Source of the DNA: Vermamoeba vermiformis
Taxonomy: Eukaryota
Assembly (NCBI GenBank): GCA_045837725.1
Contig: JBEWZL010000017.1
Span: 62,001-96,526 of the forward strand
Direction of reading: 5' to 3'
DNA: 34,526 bases
The notes beneath the pieces are model-generated. The model did not search any database. It had not been told where the DNA came from and saw nothing but the letters and a program-made list of their open reading frames with translations. The position numbers and the translations under genes were made by a program. Shown in pieces: positions 13,554 through 25,073 of the stretch; position 1 is the stretch's first letter, and each line of letters opens with the position of its first letter.

Positions 13554-13964
13554 TTGTGCTAATCCACACAAAAAATCTTAAGACATTGAAAAAACGAGAA
13601 AGCATGGACTAAGCAACCCGAATTCCGGTACACAATAAGTAACAGTACGATTATGGCAGCTTATTTTACAGTTTTAGGTGGTTCGGCACTTAACGTACAG
13701 AGCTCCTTCTACCAATCTTCGTTTGTGAATACCCATTAATAAGCGGGCATACAAATATAATAAAAACCTTTGTATTATTTTTGATGTTAATGAAAATTTG
13801 TAAGGAACGACACTCGAGAGAATAAATTTAGGGATTTTTACGACGCACTCATGCGACCTCAGCGCATTTGATTTGTAATGATAAAATGTTTATTGAACAC
13901 AAGTATTGTATCTAAAACCAGCACTAGCACTACTTTTCACAGATATTATTCGCAAATAATCAAA

Positions 13965-15511
13965 ATGTCAATGAAAAGAAGAACCCGATCTGCAGGCAGC
14001 GCTGAAGGTATTCAAAATAGGCGTATAAATTTATAATGTATCTAGATAATATATACATATTGTTAATGATAATTTTGACGCGAAATAAGACGGGTGATAT
14101 TAAATAATTATTTTTCGAAAACTGTGGAGGATCTCTCAAGCAAACCTCGCTCAATAAATACCTGATACCACCATCCCCGCGTGAGTATTGGTCATATATA
14201 ATAACAATATATTGTGGCATATATAATTATGATTCGCACCGGATGTTGATTGTCGATCAGAGCTAAAAGCGGAACTTGAAGCAGCACCGAAAATTAAAAA
14301 GTCAATTACTCCGCCAAAGCCTAAGAAAAGAAAGCATATTGCTATAGAGCCCGAAAAGATTAAAGGTAAGTTCGAAATAAGAAATTTAAAGCACGATCGA
14401 AAACTATTCTGACTATTGTCGTAATTAGGCGAGGCGCCACCTAATTGGAAAGAGGTTTATACTAAAATAGAACAAATGCGTAGCGAAGTTCAAGCTCCTG
14501 TTGATATTTACGGCTGCGAGCGATTGACCGCCAAGGATCGTTTGCCTCAAAAGGTACTTTAACGCGTAAAATTGAAAAAATAAGCCTAAAAATAACTTAA
14601 ATACATGTCATTAGTATATACACCTGTTTTAGTGTCATTGGATGTTGTTAACGAAACTTTAATTTTAGATCAGCCGATTCCACTCGCTAGTTAGCTTAAT
14701 GCTCTCAGCGCAGACCAAGGATCAAATTACATCCGATGCAATGGATCAACTGGCTATATTATGCGGTGATGAATTCGGCCCTGAAGATATTCTTGCCCAG
14801 AGCGTCGATGAAATAGATCGCGCTATCAAAAAAGTTGGGTTCCACAGGTACTTTTGCATTATTATTATTACCATAATATATGCCATACTCAATGAACATA
14901 ATTGTAGCCGCAAAGCGCAATTTATTCGACAGACAGCGCAAATTTTGAAAGACAAGTACGATTGCGATATTCCGTCAGAATTAGAAGACGTGTTAGAGCT
15001 GCCCGGTGTAGGTCCTAAAATGGCTCATATTCTAATGAACGTAGCTTGGGATAAGTGAGTAACTAGAAGCTATTTAACCATTTTTACGTTGCGATCGGAT
15101 CAGATCCGATTCTTAGAATTTCTTTCTGATTTTATTTTCAGACCGCTTGGCATTGGAGTGGATGTTCATGTACATAGAATCAGTAACAGACTCAAATGGG
15201 TCCATAATACGAAGAATCCAGAACAAACCAGAATGGAACTCGAATCGTGGTTGCCAAAGGAATATTGGGGTCCTATTAATAAGCTCTTAGTAGGATTCGG
15301 CCAAACTATATGCACGCCATTGAATACGAAGTGCGATATTTGCAAAATTAACGATCTTTGTCCTTCTGCGTTCAAAGAGAGCAAGATGAAACGACCAAAA
15401 CTTGAAAAAACTACGTCTGATACTGCAGCTCTCTCCGCGCATGCTGGCGATATGTCTACTGTGGATTTTAACTCCGAGGTCATTAAGAAAGAGCCGAAAG
15501 AAGAGAAATAA
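13965..15511 (+). CDS. NTH1: Endonuclease III-like DNA glycosylase/AP lyase, 6-7 exons
   Basis: [23 protein letters not shown], HhH motif [22 protein letters not shown], 4Fe-4S motif C-x6-C-x2-C-x5-C. Confidence 0.95.
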
Positions 15512-15667
15512 AAGTACGCAGCGCGTTCCATTTTCTGAAAATGGCAAATGTGATTCAAAAGATGCATTTGTGTGGACAATTGGGAAGAATCTGTAAATAA
15601 AAGGTCGATAAGTTTATGACGTGATAGCAACAACAGGACTTCTTTTCGACTTTAACAGCTTGATCCA

Positions 15668-16503
15668 ATGGCCATAAAATTAATTCTAATATTTTGCTTA
15701 TTCCTGGCGTCAGTAGCCTACGCTAGCGAAGTAGATCATACGCGAGATGCCTTGGTTGATTTATTCAAGTCTTGTAATGGATCCAATTGGAGAAGAAACG
15801 CCGGATGGCTCTCGACATCCAGCGTATGTCAATGGTATGGCGTTTACTGCGACTCAAATGACAAGGTAATTGCTGATTTTACAAACAATAATTTCTAATT
15901 TAGTATACTTTTCGGTTATGTCGCTTAAACTTGACCAGAACTTGTTATCTGGAACAATTCTGGTGGTCTTCGATGGGCCGGATCGTCAGCCTCCGCTTGT
16001 TAGATCTCGGTTACAATAAGTTGTTTGGCACTGTTCCGTCATCTTTAATGCAATTGCGTGATCTTCGATGGCTTCACCTCTTAAACAACCAGTTGTCAGG
16101 AACAATTCCTTCAGCGACTGGTCAATTGCGAGATCTGGTTTGGTTGCAACTCAACAACAATCAATTTTCGGGTACTATTCCGTCGACACTAGGACAGCTT
16201 ACGCAACTTCAACGCTTGTTTCTGAACGACAACCAATTGACGAAGAAGATCCCCTCGGCCATTGAAAAACTTGTAGGCCTTGAATGGCTTAATCTGAACA
16301 ACAATCAACTCTCAGGCTCCATTCCGTCGCTTGCAAAGCTCACAAGGCTGCAACACTTGTACCTTTATAATAATCACCTGCAGCACATCGATCCGAACAT
16401 GACCCTTCCTGCTGGTGTTCGCGGTTGCAATCTGTCAGGCAACAATTTTCAATGTCCTATTCCTAAATGGGCCGCTACTACTTGTTACGCTACTTGCAAT
16501 TAA
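15668..16503 (+). CDS. Secreted plant-type LRR protein (signal peptide, LRRNT cap, about 7 LRRs); disrupted near 15904-15967, possibly a pseudogene
   Basis: MAIKLILIFCLFLASVAYA signal; ALVDLF...W...W.....C.WYGV.C cap; LxxLxLxxNxLSGxIP repeats; frame anomaly in the first repeat. Confidence 0.8.
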
Positions 16504-16683
16504 ATAATAAACAGTAAAAAAATTTTTTGCGTGATCCAAAATAATTCGTTTTTTATAAACGTTAAATATAATTATTGTACATTACTATGATCACTATATT
16601 ATAATCACGATCTTAAATCTAAATTAATCGTGAAGAACTGGATCCGGTAGAGCAAAATTATACAAGTATTACCACAACTTTTT

Positions 16684-17939
16684 TTAAGCAACACTGCTTG
16701 TTGATTGCTTCAAAAAGGGTCTCATAGTATTCAACACGACTTCTTTTCGCTCTTTTTCCATATCAGGTGATAATTGATAATTTGAGATGATCAAATTTGC
16801 ATCGATCACATTTTGAACGTTCAAATCGAGGTCAATTTGCAAATTCCATTCAAATTCGAAGTGATCCTCGGCATCATAGCTTTGCGCTTGTTCTTTTTTC
16901 TATAAAAGGAAATCAGCATCGATTACTCAGATAAAGTTGCAAATTGAATATTAAATCGAACGAACCTTATGAATAACCGAAATACGATCCGCTTGATATT
17001 TAATATCTATTAACCATCCTCCACGCACATCCTGCATATTAATTAGTTAATAAATATTATTGGGCATTTACATAATAAATTTATTAGTTTTTACCTTGTA
17101 AGGAATGCCGTTATTCATAAATGCAGGCTTTAATCGCTGTACAGCTGGTGCAATCTAAAAATATATAGTTAATTAATATTTAAATAATCTAACGTGATAT
17201 GATGCTGAAGATAACCGAATCTGGATCATGGAATTAAAACTTACGATATGCTGGCCGCAGGTGCGTAATAACTGCATGACTTTAGATTCAGGTCCTACGT
17301 ATTTTTCTACGTAATCTCTAAGCACTAAGCTCAGATCTACTGTATCTTCATCGATCGTGCCAAACTCCGCGTCAAATCCATTGCGAACTTGTTCTTCGTT
17401 CTACGATCGTCAGTTTAATACATATCAATTAATAATTCATATTAGTACCTCTCCTAAATATACAACATTCTTCTCAAATAACGGTCGCAATGCGAGCAAG
17501 ACCGTTGTTAGTGGCGGATAGATTTGACCATCAGGTGCATAGATCGTTATTTTTGTTGAAAACCGAGGTAGATCAGCATAAATAGGTATATCTCTATTAT
17601 AATAATGAAGAATTATTAATTATTTTGAATCAGATCTGGGATTTTAGTAATTAAATATTTTGAAAATTCGGAATTAATTTAGAAAATTGAGCTTTTATGG
17701 TAAATAGGTCTTTAATATGAATATTTAAATACTTACGCAACCGGTTTTGACCAATATTTAACTACATCCGGTAATAACGGTCGTCCATCTGCCGTGGGAA
17801 CTAACGTCGAAATTTTCTTCGTAGTTGGTTCTTGATCGACTTTAACCTTATCGGGCGGTTTGCTAAGCACCTTGCGCGCTACTGCAATGACCACTATGAC
17901 CGCGCCACATCCAATCCACGCAACCCAACTGCTGAACAT
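16684..17939 (-). CDS. N-terminally anchored protein with an amoebozoan GlfB C-terminal-like domain (tentative), 6 exons
   Basis: Six GT-AG exons join in frame: TM segment, DIPIYADLPR, LLRTCGQHIIAPA, PYKDVRGGWLIDI, VIHKKKEQ, FEFEWNL. The family call is from memory of the motif pattern. Confidence 0.65.
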
Positions 17940-18192
17940 TTGCAAGTGGATCACGTCAAATAAAATATTATTAGATGTGATCGTTGCTTTGGAGTAAATT
18001 TAATGCACAATTAATGCCCTGAGATTGATGAAATTGCCTTCCAGACTACCACGTGATTTTACTATTTTTAGATCTAAAGACAGTTAGTTGTTCTTTTTTA
18101 ATCAGGGAGTATCTTGTTCACAATTTAGACTGCATTACCACTACGCGACAGTATTTTATTGTCAGATACTGCGGGTTTGCAATTATAGAAAA

Positions 18193-19215
18193 ATGAAATT
18201 TGTAGTGGCCAGTCTGCTGTTGCTTGCCGTTTGGCAGATCAACGCCGAAACCATCCAGGAGGAACTCGTGAGATTGACGAACGAGTATCGTGCCGAGAAT
18301 AATTTGCCTGCTATCCCCATGTCTTATCAATTAACGAAGGTAAAAAGGCTCCGCCGATCGAGCCAATTTGATCAGCTAAACCAGCTAAATCATTTAAACT
18401 CACCAAGTTTATATTATAGGTCGCAGTAATTCATACGCTTGATATGGCTAGCGGAGGAGCAATCGGTGGAGATTGTAATTTACATTCGTGGAGTAATAAC
18501 GGTTATGGACTTTGGAAGGGTTGCTGTTACACTTCAAACCATACTTTCGCTCAATGCATGTGGGACAAGCCTAGAGAAATTTCTTGGGGTAGTTTTACTG
18601 GCAATGGCTATGAAAATGCAGCTGTTGGTACGACTACTGCTTCCGGTACGAAATTAATTAATTAGTAAATTAGAAGCATATTTTTAATATTATTAGCTGC
18701 GTTAACTGCATGGAAGGGTTCACCAGCCCATAATGACGTAATTTTGAACCAAAATACTTGGGCTTCGCTGACTTGGAGATCTCTTGGAGCTTCAGTTTGC
18801 GGAAGTTACGCAGTATTATGGTTTTCTGATAGTAAGATTAATATTATAATGAAATAGCACTTACCGAGCAAAAAATTAAAAATAATCGATTTTAGCCGCT
18901 GATTCAGATACCTCGAGTACCGAGACTTTGACGTGCGATCTGGTGTCTCTGCCGAGTCCTCCAGGCACTCCCGTGAGCGCGCCTGTTACGCAGAACACAC
19001 CTACTGCAGATAACACGCCAGTGGACTCTTCTTCGCCCACTAGTGACAGTTCACCGGTGGATCCAAACTCACCTTCGACGAGCACAATGCCAAGTTCTAA
19101 CAGCACTCCTACAAGCAGAACACCGTCTAGCAACATTGGCAAGACTAGTTCAGCTATTAACAATGCTGTCACACTCGCTCTGTCCATTGGAATGTTTGGT
19201 CTGGTCATGCTTTAA
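18193..19215 (+). CDS. CAP/SCP domain surface protein with Ser/Thr/Pro stalk and probable GPI signal, 4 exons
   Basis: Signal peptide, LTNEYRAENNLPAI, H..DM, CNLHSWS, GNGYENA, WKGSPAHNDVILN, YAVLWF; S/T/P-rich linker; hydrophobic C-terminus. Confidence 0.88.
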
Positions 19216-19294
19216 AATAGCACTGTCAATGTATCATTATCATTTGTAACTGTCATGTAATTCTGAATAATGATGCAGGTGTTTATTATTGCCA

Positions 19295-20800
19295 TTATTT
19301 CTTGGTTTCATCGTTATTGTTGGTAGTGCTGTCTTTTTTCTCGGCTCCTTTCACGTTCATTTGGTTCATGTGCTCTTCGACTTCTTTTTCAATTTGCAGT
19401 CGTTGCTCTTCGCTCATATTAATATTGTCTAATGAATTGATGTTATCAAACGCGTTGAATCTGTACGCAAAGTTTGGATCTTGGGCTTTTTCAGCGAACT
19501 CTGGGTCGACGGCTGGCGTTGCTGGGGCAGCTCTTCGTTTAATTCGCGCGGAATTATGGAGGTTTAAATGATCGCTCATTATGCTCTTGTAATTTTTCAT
19601 CGTGACTGACGGATCTGAGGTCTTCCAAAACACCAACGAAATTCTTTCATCCTTCGTATTTTGCAATATTAAAAGCTGTACAAATATAGAAACGCATAAT
19701 AATTTTACCTTTGTAATAGTTTTATTGCCGAATTTATGTTCATTTCCGACGTCAATTCCATGATCCCACTTGTGACGCGCATCGTTCTAAAATGTAGATT
19801 AGACTACTAGTAATTTAATATGATACACCGATCTTACTTCGAGTATTAACAAAGATTTAGGTTCTAATAACACTTTGACGACTTCAGTGCTCGATCCATC
19901 GTCTGATTTCTTTGACAAAGTCATTACTGCCTGTGATAAGAAGCTGTACATTGAAATCACGTCGCCCACGGACTTGGCATCTAAAAATCACGTTAATTTT
20001 AAATCTATAAGGCTTGGAAACATCGTGTAAAGGCGTTGAAGTTAATTCAAAAATATCCGCATCCGAATTTTACCTTTATGCATTGGAGTACCGCCTTCGG
20101 CAGTATATTGATTGATCTAATATAATAGAGGCATTAAGGACCGAATTATATATATTACTGATGACGTACTTGAAGAGTATCAGGTTCGTCAGAAATTAAT
20201 TTGTCTTGAATTGGCTTCTTTACGCTTTGAGCAATATTTCCGTATTGACCAATGCCATGCTTGTATAAATTAACAATTTTTCTAAGAATATAGAATGTTA
20301 GAAGGGTGCTCGTGCGAGCGCGAGACACATCTACGACTTTGAACTCACCTATTGTAGTTGGGATTGCTTTTAATTTTAGATGAATTTAATACATGACGCA
20401 GCTCAGTTAAAAGTGCATCGTGCTCTAAATAACGAATTAGTATTGAACTCAGATCCCACTAAAAATATTTTGGGCATGTCGTTTACCCTATTTGATATAA
20501 TTTTTTATAATAATGTATTTATGCAATATTATTGGTGCTGGGTATCGTTTAATTGGTTTTGCGAGCTGCACAATTTTTTAAAAATTAATAATTACCTTGA
20601 TCTGTCAAATAATTTGGAATGATTCGTAGTCCAGGAATAGTTTGGCCTTCTACATGCGAGTTACTATGCTCGTTGGATTTTCTCATTGAGAAAATTGTCT
20701 TGCGAGCTGGAGCTATCGATCCAAAACTTGATCCTCGGGCTATTGCAAGCAGACTTGTTTTTGAACGACTAGCTCTAATAAATACCGATATTCCGTTCAT
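19295..20800 (-). CDS. AlkB-like 2OG-Fe(II) dioxygenase with a possible mitochondrial presequence, 7 exons
   Basis: IPGLRIIPNYLTDQEH, INQYTAEGGTPMHKD (HxD), LEPKSLLILE, ARHKWDHGI (distal His), RISLVF; Arg/Ser-rich N-terminus lacking acidic residues. Confidence 0.82.
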
Positions 20801-20918
20801 ATTGATATTGTTAATGCTGCTTTTACGGCTTGAATACAAAGATGAATGAATGCGGAAAGAAAATTTGGATGTTAACCCAGAACAAGGTAGTGCCTCGTGC
20901 TTCATGCATGAAAATACT

Positions 20919-21920
20919 TTATTTAGCTACATTACAAGTGGCATAATACGAGCCAATATTAAATTTCAAGCCTGATTTAACTGAAGCCGCATCCGCTGTC
21001 GGATTTACCCACATAGATTTCGGAATAACTCTGAAATCAAATGAAATGCGAGTTTTACCCGTGTCGTTAGGAGCATTGTAATGGAAGCATTTAGAGCCGT
21101 AAAATCTGTAGAATTGTCCCACTTCTAAGTTGCCAATAGGATGAAAATCTCCTTTGTCTGGTTCAGATTCGGTAAAGAAGCCGCTGGTTCCCGACACTAG
21201 CAACCAAAAATATTAGACATTAATAAAGTAGAATATACATGCGTAATTCATCGCTTAGGGGTCAATTCTAAAAGATCTAACTTTGCGATCGTCAACAGTG
21301 ATGACTTTTCTGTGCTTAATCGATGTATTTACCCGTTGTTACTGGCAACCAAAAGTTGACCTCGCCTTCGGGATGATTATAATCAAAGTCTCGATGTTTA
21401 GCACCAACGGCAACGTTATTTGGCAGGTGAACTCTAGATGCAGCTCCGCGTTAATAAGGGCCGCAGATTTGCTCAAAATAATTTTACCTAAAAGTAGGCT
21501 TATTTTGGAACACTACTTCGTCTTGTAAACTGAACATGGGTGCAATGACTTCCTAAGATAATTTTCATGAATCAATATTCGAGAATAATGACAGAATTAA
21601 ATATCAAAAATAATAAATAAAATCAGGCATATTATTTTAAAGCTTACCTTGATGAAAGCGTGATAAGTGTCCATAAACTCTTGGAGATGAGGTGAGTTAT
21701 AAAATGCAGCGTGGATGGGCGTCTTCTGATCGTTTTCAAAAGTTATTGTTCCAGCTTTAGTATACTCAGGGTATTTTTCGTGAATATTTTCGAGGTCGTC
21801 GTGTCCAACCATCTTCTGGATCAGACCACGGAAATTGAATTTAGTCTTGTCATACGACAACAGCTCTTCTTTGTGCATTGATCTCCATTGTGCTAATTGC
21901 TTCTCTTTGAGGTCCTCCAT
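20919..21920 (-). CDS. StrG-like 2OG-Fe(II) oxygenase, 4 exons
   Basis: FQNKPTFRVHLP, HRDFDYNHPEGEVNFWLP, ESEPDKGDF, FYG...HYN..NDTGKTRISFDFRVIP, giving an HxD...H...R-x-S double-stranded beta-helix pattern. Confidence 0.8.
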
Positions 21921-22018
21921 AATGATTGACTTGTGTCGGTTTGTTAGTGCGTGTCAAAAAAACAAAATTACATACAAACTTCAAACTTGAACAAGACCAG
22001 AAAAAAGAATATTACTCA

Positions 22019-22075
22019 TAGCGTTAATATTAGCTCTAGTAGTAAAATATAATACTTAGCGTTAATATTAGCTCT
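22019..22075. repeat. 19-bp direct repeat TAGCGTTAATATTAGCTCT, two copies 38 bp apart
   Basis: Copies at 22019-22037 and 22057-22075. Confidence 0.9.
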
Positions 22076-22126
22076 GGTACTTTTTATTACTGACGTATTT
22101 CGAATAAAAAGTTTCAGCTCAAGATC

Positions 22127-22303
22127 AAAAAAAACGACGTACGGTGGTCATCCATGCACGGTGTAGCACCCACATACGTGGCATGCCGGCAAAGTACCAC
22201 GCAGGTGTTTCGCGAATGTACAACATCGTACATGACCGCTCAACGTACGCCGCCAGTTGTGAATCAGTACAAATGTGCCTAAAAATTTGTCAGCCACCGA
22301 CAA
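22127..22303 (-). ncRNA. Candidate structured RNA element of unknown class
   Basis: Multi-branch fold closed by GCGGCGUACG/CGUACGUCGU and running into U8; upstream hairpin plus AAUUUUUAG; G-U pairs mostly favour the minus strand. Folded by eye only. Confidence 0.3.
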
Positions 22304-22517
22304 GCATTATTTATTGTGGGACGTCGCATATATCACTATACTCATCTATTTCAACCAAAGCATGGCCAATTCAGACGATCTCCTCATGCAGTACACGAAG
22401 TTACATTAGTTTATAGTCTTTGTTTGGAATTCCGTTTGAGTGGTAGGTCGCTTAGATGTTTCCAACTACCAAGAAAATAGCAAGACGATCGATGCAGAAC
22501 AAACTAGCGAGACTTGT

Positions 22518-24945
22518 TTAAATTGAAAACGACTTGAGAAGTTTGAGAAGCAAATCCGTTTCGGTTTTTGGGATCAAGTAAAGACCTTGCTTTTGCTCGC
22601 TCTAAAATAGCTAGTTAATCATACTCGCCCTATAATATACACTAAGCTTACTTCTAAACGCTTCTGAAGCTCTACACTTAGCTTTTTGAATGCTGAAGTC
22701 TTCGCTACTTTCGAGAATCGGTACGAGACGAATTCCATACAAGCTGCTTGCTGTTACTAAAGAATACATTAAGTAATAATACGTACCTTGTTGGAGAGCG
22801 GATAAGGAGAACATTTCTCATAGCGAGAGTACTAAGCAGACATTTTCAATTGTTAATTTCTTCGCCAAGAATATTTCTATTATTCGAAGGACTGGTACTT
22901 CATTGTATCGATGCGCTACTCTAGAATAAAGTGTATTATTTTTAATCAAATATGAATTTGAAGTCGGTGGCCTACTTGAGCAGATCCAAAATTATTGATT
23001 CGTCTTCTATCTCATTTACGTCAAGGTAGTAGTACTTGATAAGGAATAACATCGCTGTGAATATATACATTAGCATTATAATGTATTCTCTTTTCCGAAT
23101 AGGACCCACTCGGATCGAATCCGGATCGTTGCACGTGACCAACATTGCTTACCTTCATAGCTACAATCATCAACTATCATCTCAAGAGCATCCGAATCTT
23201 TGAATCCTCCCTAAAAGATGTTAAAAGGCTGGTAGAATAGAGTTGATTATCGTACTTGGTACATGACTCGGAAGTACTCGCTGCGAGCACATAAAATCAT
23301 CTTATGACAAAATATTTCGCGCTCTTTCTTCTTCTTCGCCTCTTTGACAATAATTTTAAGGTCGCTTGAGAAGTTCAAATTGAATAGTCTTAAAAACTTC
23401 GGCTCAAATCCTTCAATCTCAATTTTTTCTTTCTCGTCTTTCAAAATAGGCAATAAATTGTATATTTCTAGCTTCATAATGGCTTGCTTATATTCATCGT
23501 TTGAAATATTTTCTCTATTAAAACAACGTCAATAACTCCGAGCAAGATCCGTAAATCCTTTTACCTGGTAAATTTTCCAGTGTAAAGATACTTCAATACA
23601 CTAAGAACGGATAAATAATCCAAATTTGGTAGATTCATTAACTTATCCGTCTAAACGAAGCATTAGCGCTAAATTATTTTCAAGAGTCGATCCACGTACC
23701 GGCTGAACTTTCTCCATAAAACTTGGTGAACGAGAGAATAAAATAGCCTCTGGAACAATATATTAATCAAAGGAATATTCGAAACGATTAGCTCCAGTGC
23801 TTACTATGGACGTAAACTGGTTTTGGATTGAGATCGCCAACTAAAATCGTCAGATCTGAATACTTCTCAACATTGAATAACTGCGATGTGATATCATGAA
23901 TCTATATATAATATTAGTATCGTGGTCCCACTTTGTTTCATTCGTTAAGTTAACTTGAGTCCGTTTTAAAGTAACTGCTCGATCCAACTTACCAGGGAAG
24001 ACTCAAGCGCAGGAATAATAGCCATATCAGGAATAGGTTTCTTAACAGGCTTGATTTTCTTCGATTTCTTCGTGGCCTCTAGTTGCTTTCTGCGCAACAT
24101 TCTGACCATTTCTTCTACGACCTCGGTCACTCTATCTCCTGTCCGCGCTGACGTTGAGAACCACGGAGCATTATACTGCCTTGCTAGATTGCGACCTTCT
24201 TCCACGGTAACAGTACGTTCTAAAATAATAGCAAAGAAGAATTAAGAATTTTTTTGCGAGGTTTGATCTGGATTCGTACCTTGAACTAAATCATTTTTTG
24301 TCTCAATTATAATTATAGGATATTGACTTAAGTCTTCGCTCTCTTTATGTGCGATCAGTTGGTCAATTAAAGCTGGAATTCGATCGAACGAAGCCCGATT
24401 CCACGAGCTATACGCTATCTAACGGATAATTAGCGTATTTTTCTTTAATTATTTGTAGGAAATATTAATATTTAATTATAGAGGTAAGCCTGTACTTACA
24501 ATGAACCCAACACATTCTTGTACGACGAGTTTACCCATCTGATTATAGTGGTCGTCAGGATTGTGCGCCAAATCATATACACGACACAAACACGCTCTAT
24601 TGTCAATTATAGACTGTTTCGCCATATAATCTGTGAAAAATAGTTAATTTTTAAAAACATACTGAAAAATTAATAATTATTCAGTGTACCGTACGGCATT
24701 ATCCCCGGATCATAATTCTCTATATAAACAAAAGTTAGTAAATTAAATTTCAAATTAAATTGCTACGCAAAGTTTTTTGTTTGTGCATAACGGTCGGATT
24801 TGATTATCAATGTTCTAGAATAGCTGTTAAATATTTTTGTGGTACCTAAAAATATTCCATTCGCGTAACGATACGCAAAAGACGTTGTCCCTACTCCAAC
24901 CTCGCCAAACACAGCAAATTTCCACGCATCCGATCCACCCTCCAT
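22518..24945 (-). CDS. Ras-like (degenerate) GTPase-BTB-BTB-BACK protein, about 14 exons, with one in-frame TGA at 22818-22820
   Basis: GEVGVGTTS, YDPGI, DLAH, TKND, TSAR; BTB1 YSDLTI...VHKAILFSRS...LKYLYTG; BTB2 SSDLKI...CHKMILCARSEYF; BACK-like LTIENVC...LQQACMEFV...AFKKLS. Confidence 0.85.
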
Positions 24946-25073
24946 AAGAATAAATATAATGTATTTATATTACATTAATTTTACAATATTTATCTTTTGA
25001 TTTTGTTGGTTATTTTTGGACGAGAAAGAACTTTTTATTTAAATAGCAACGAATCTTATCACAAATACACAAC
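24946..25073. promoter_or_regulatory. Very short (128 bp) divergent intergenic region, putative bidirectional promoter
   Basis: AT-rich spacer between the head-to-head ATGs at 24945 (-) and 25074 (+). Confidence 0.55.

Noticed and set aside
22133-22416. ORF 22144-22416 and an hAT-like NDVRWSSM peptide on the plus strand
   Set aside because: The ORF starts at GTG and has no domain features; the peptide is an isolated short match with no other transposase motifs or TIRs.
22270-22420. U4 or U12 snRNA gene
   Set aside because: Only scattered short matches (AUGAGG, GGUUGAAA, Sm-like site, UAAACUAAUG) with wrong spacing; U6 pairing and branch-point pairing regions are incomplete.
22100-22517. SECIS element for the Ras-BTB TGA
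   Set aside because: No AUGA...AA...GA arrangement with an 11-13 bp helix II was found by eye.
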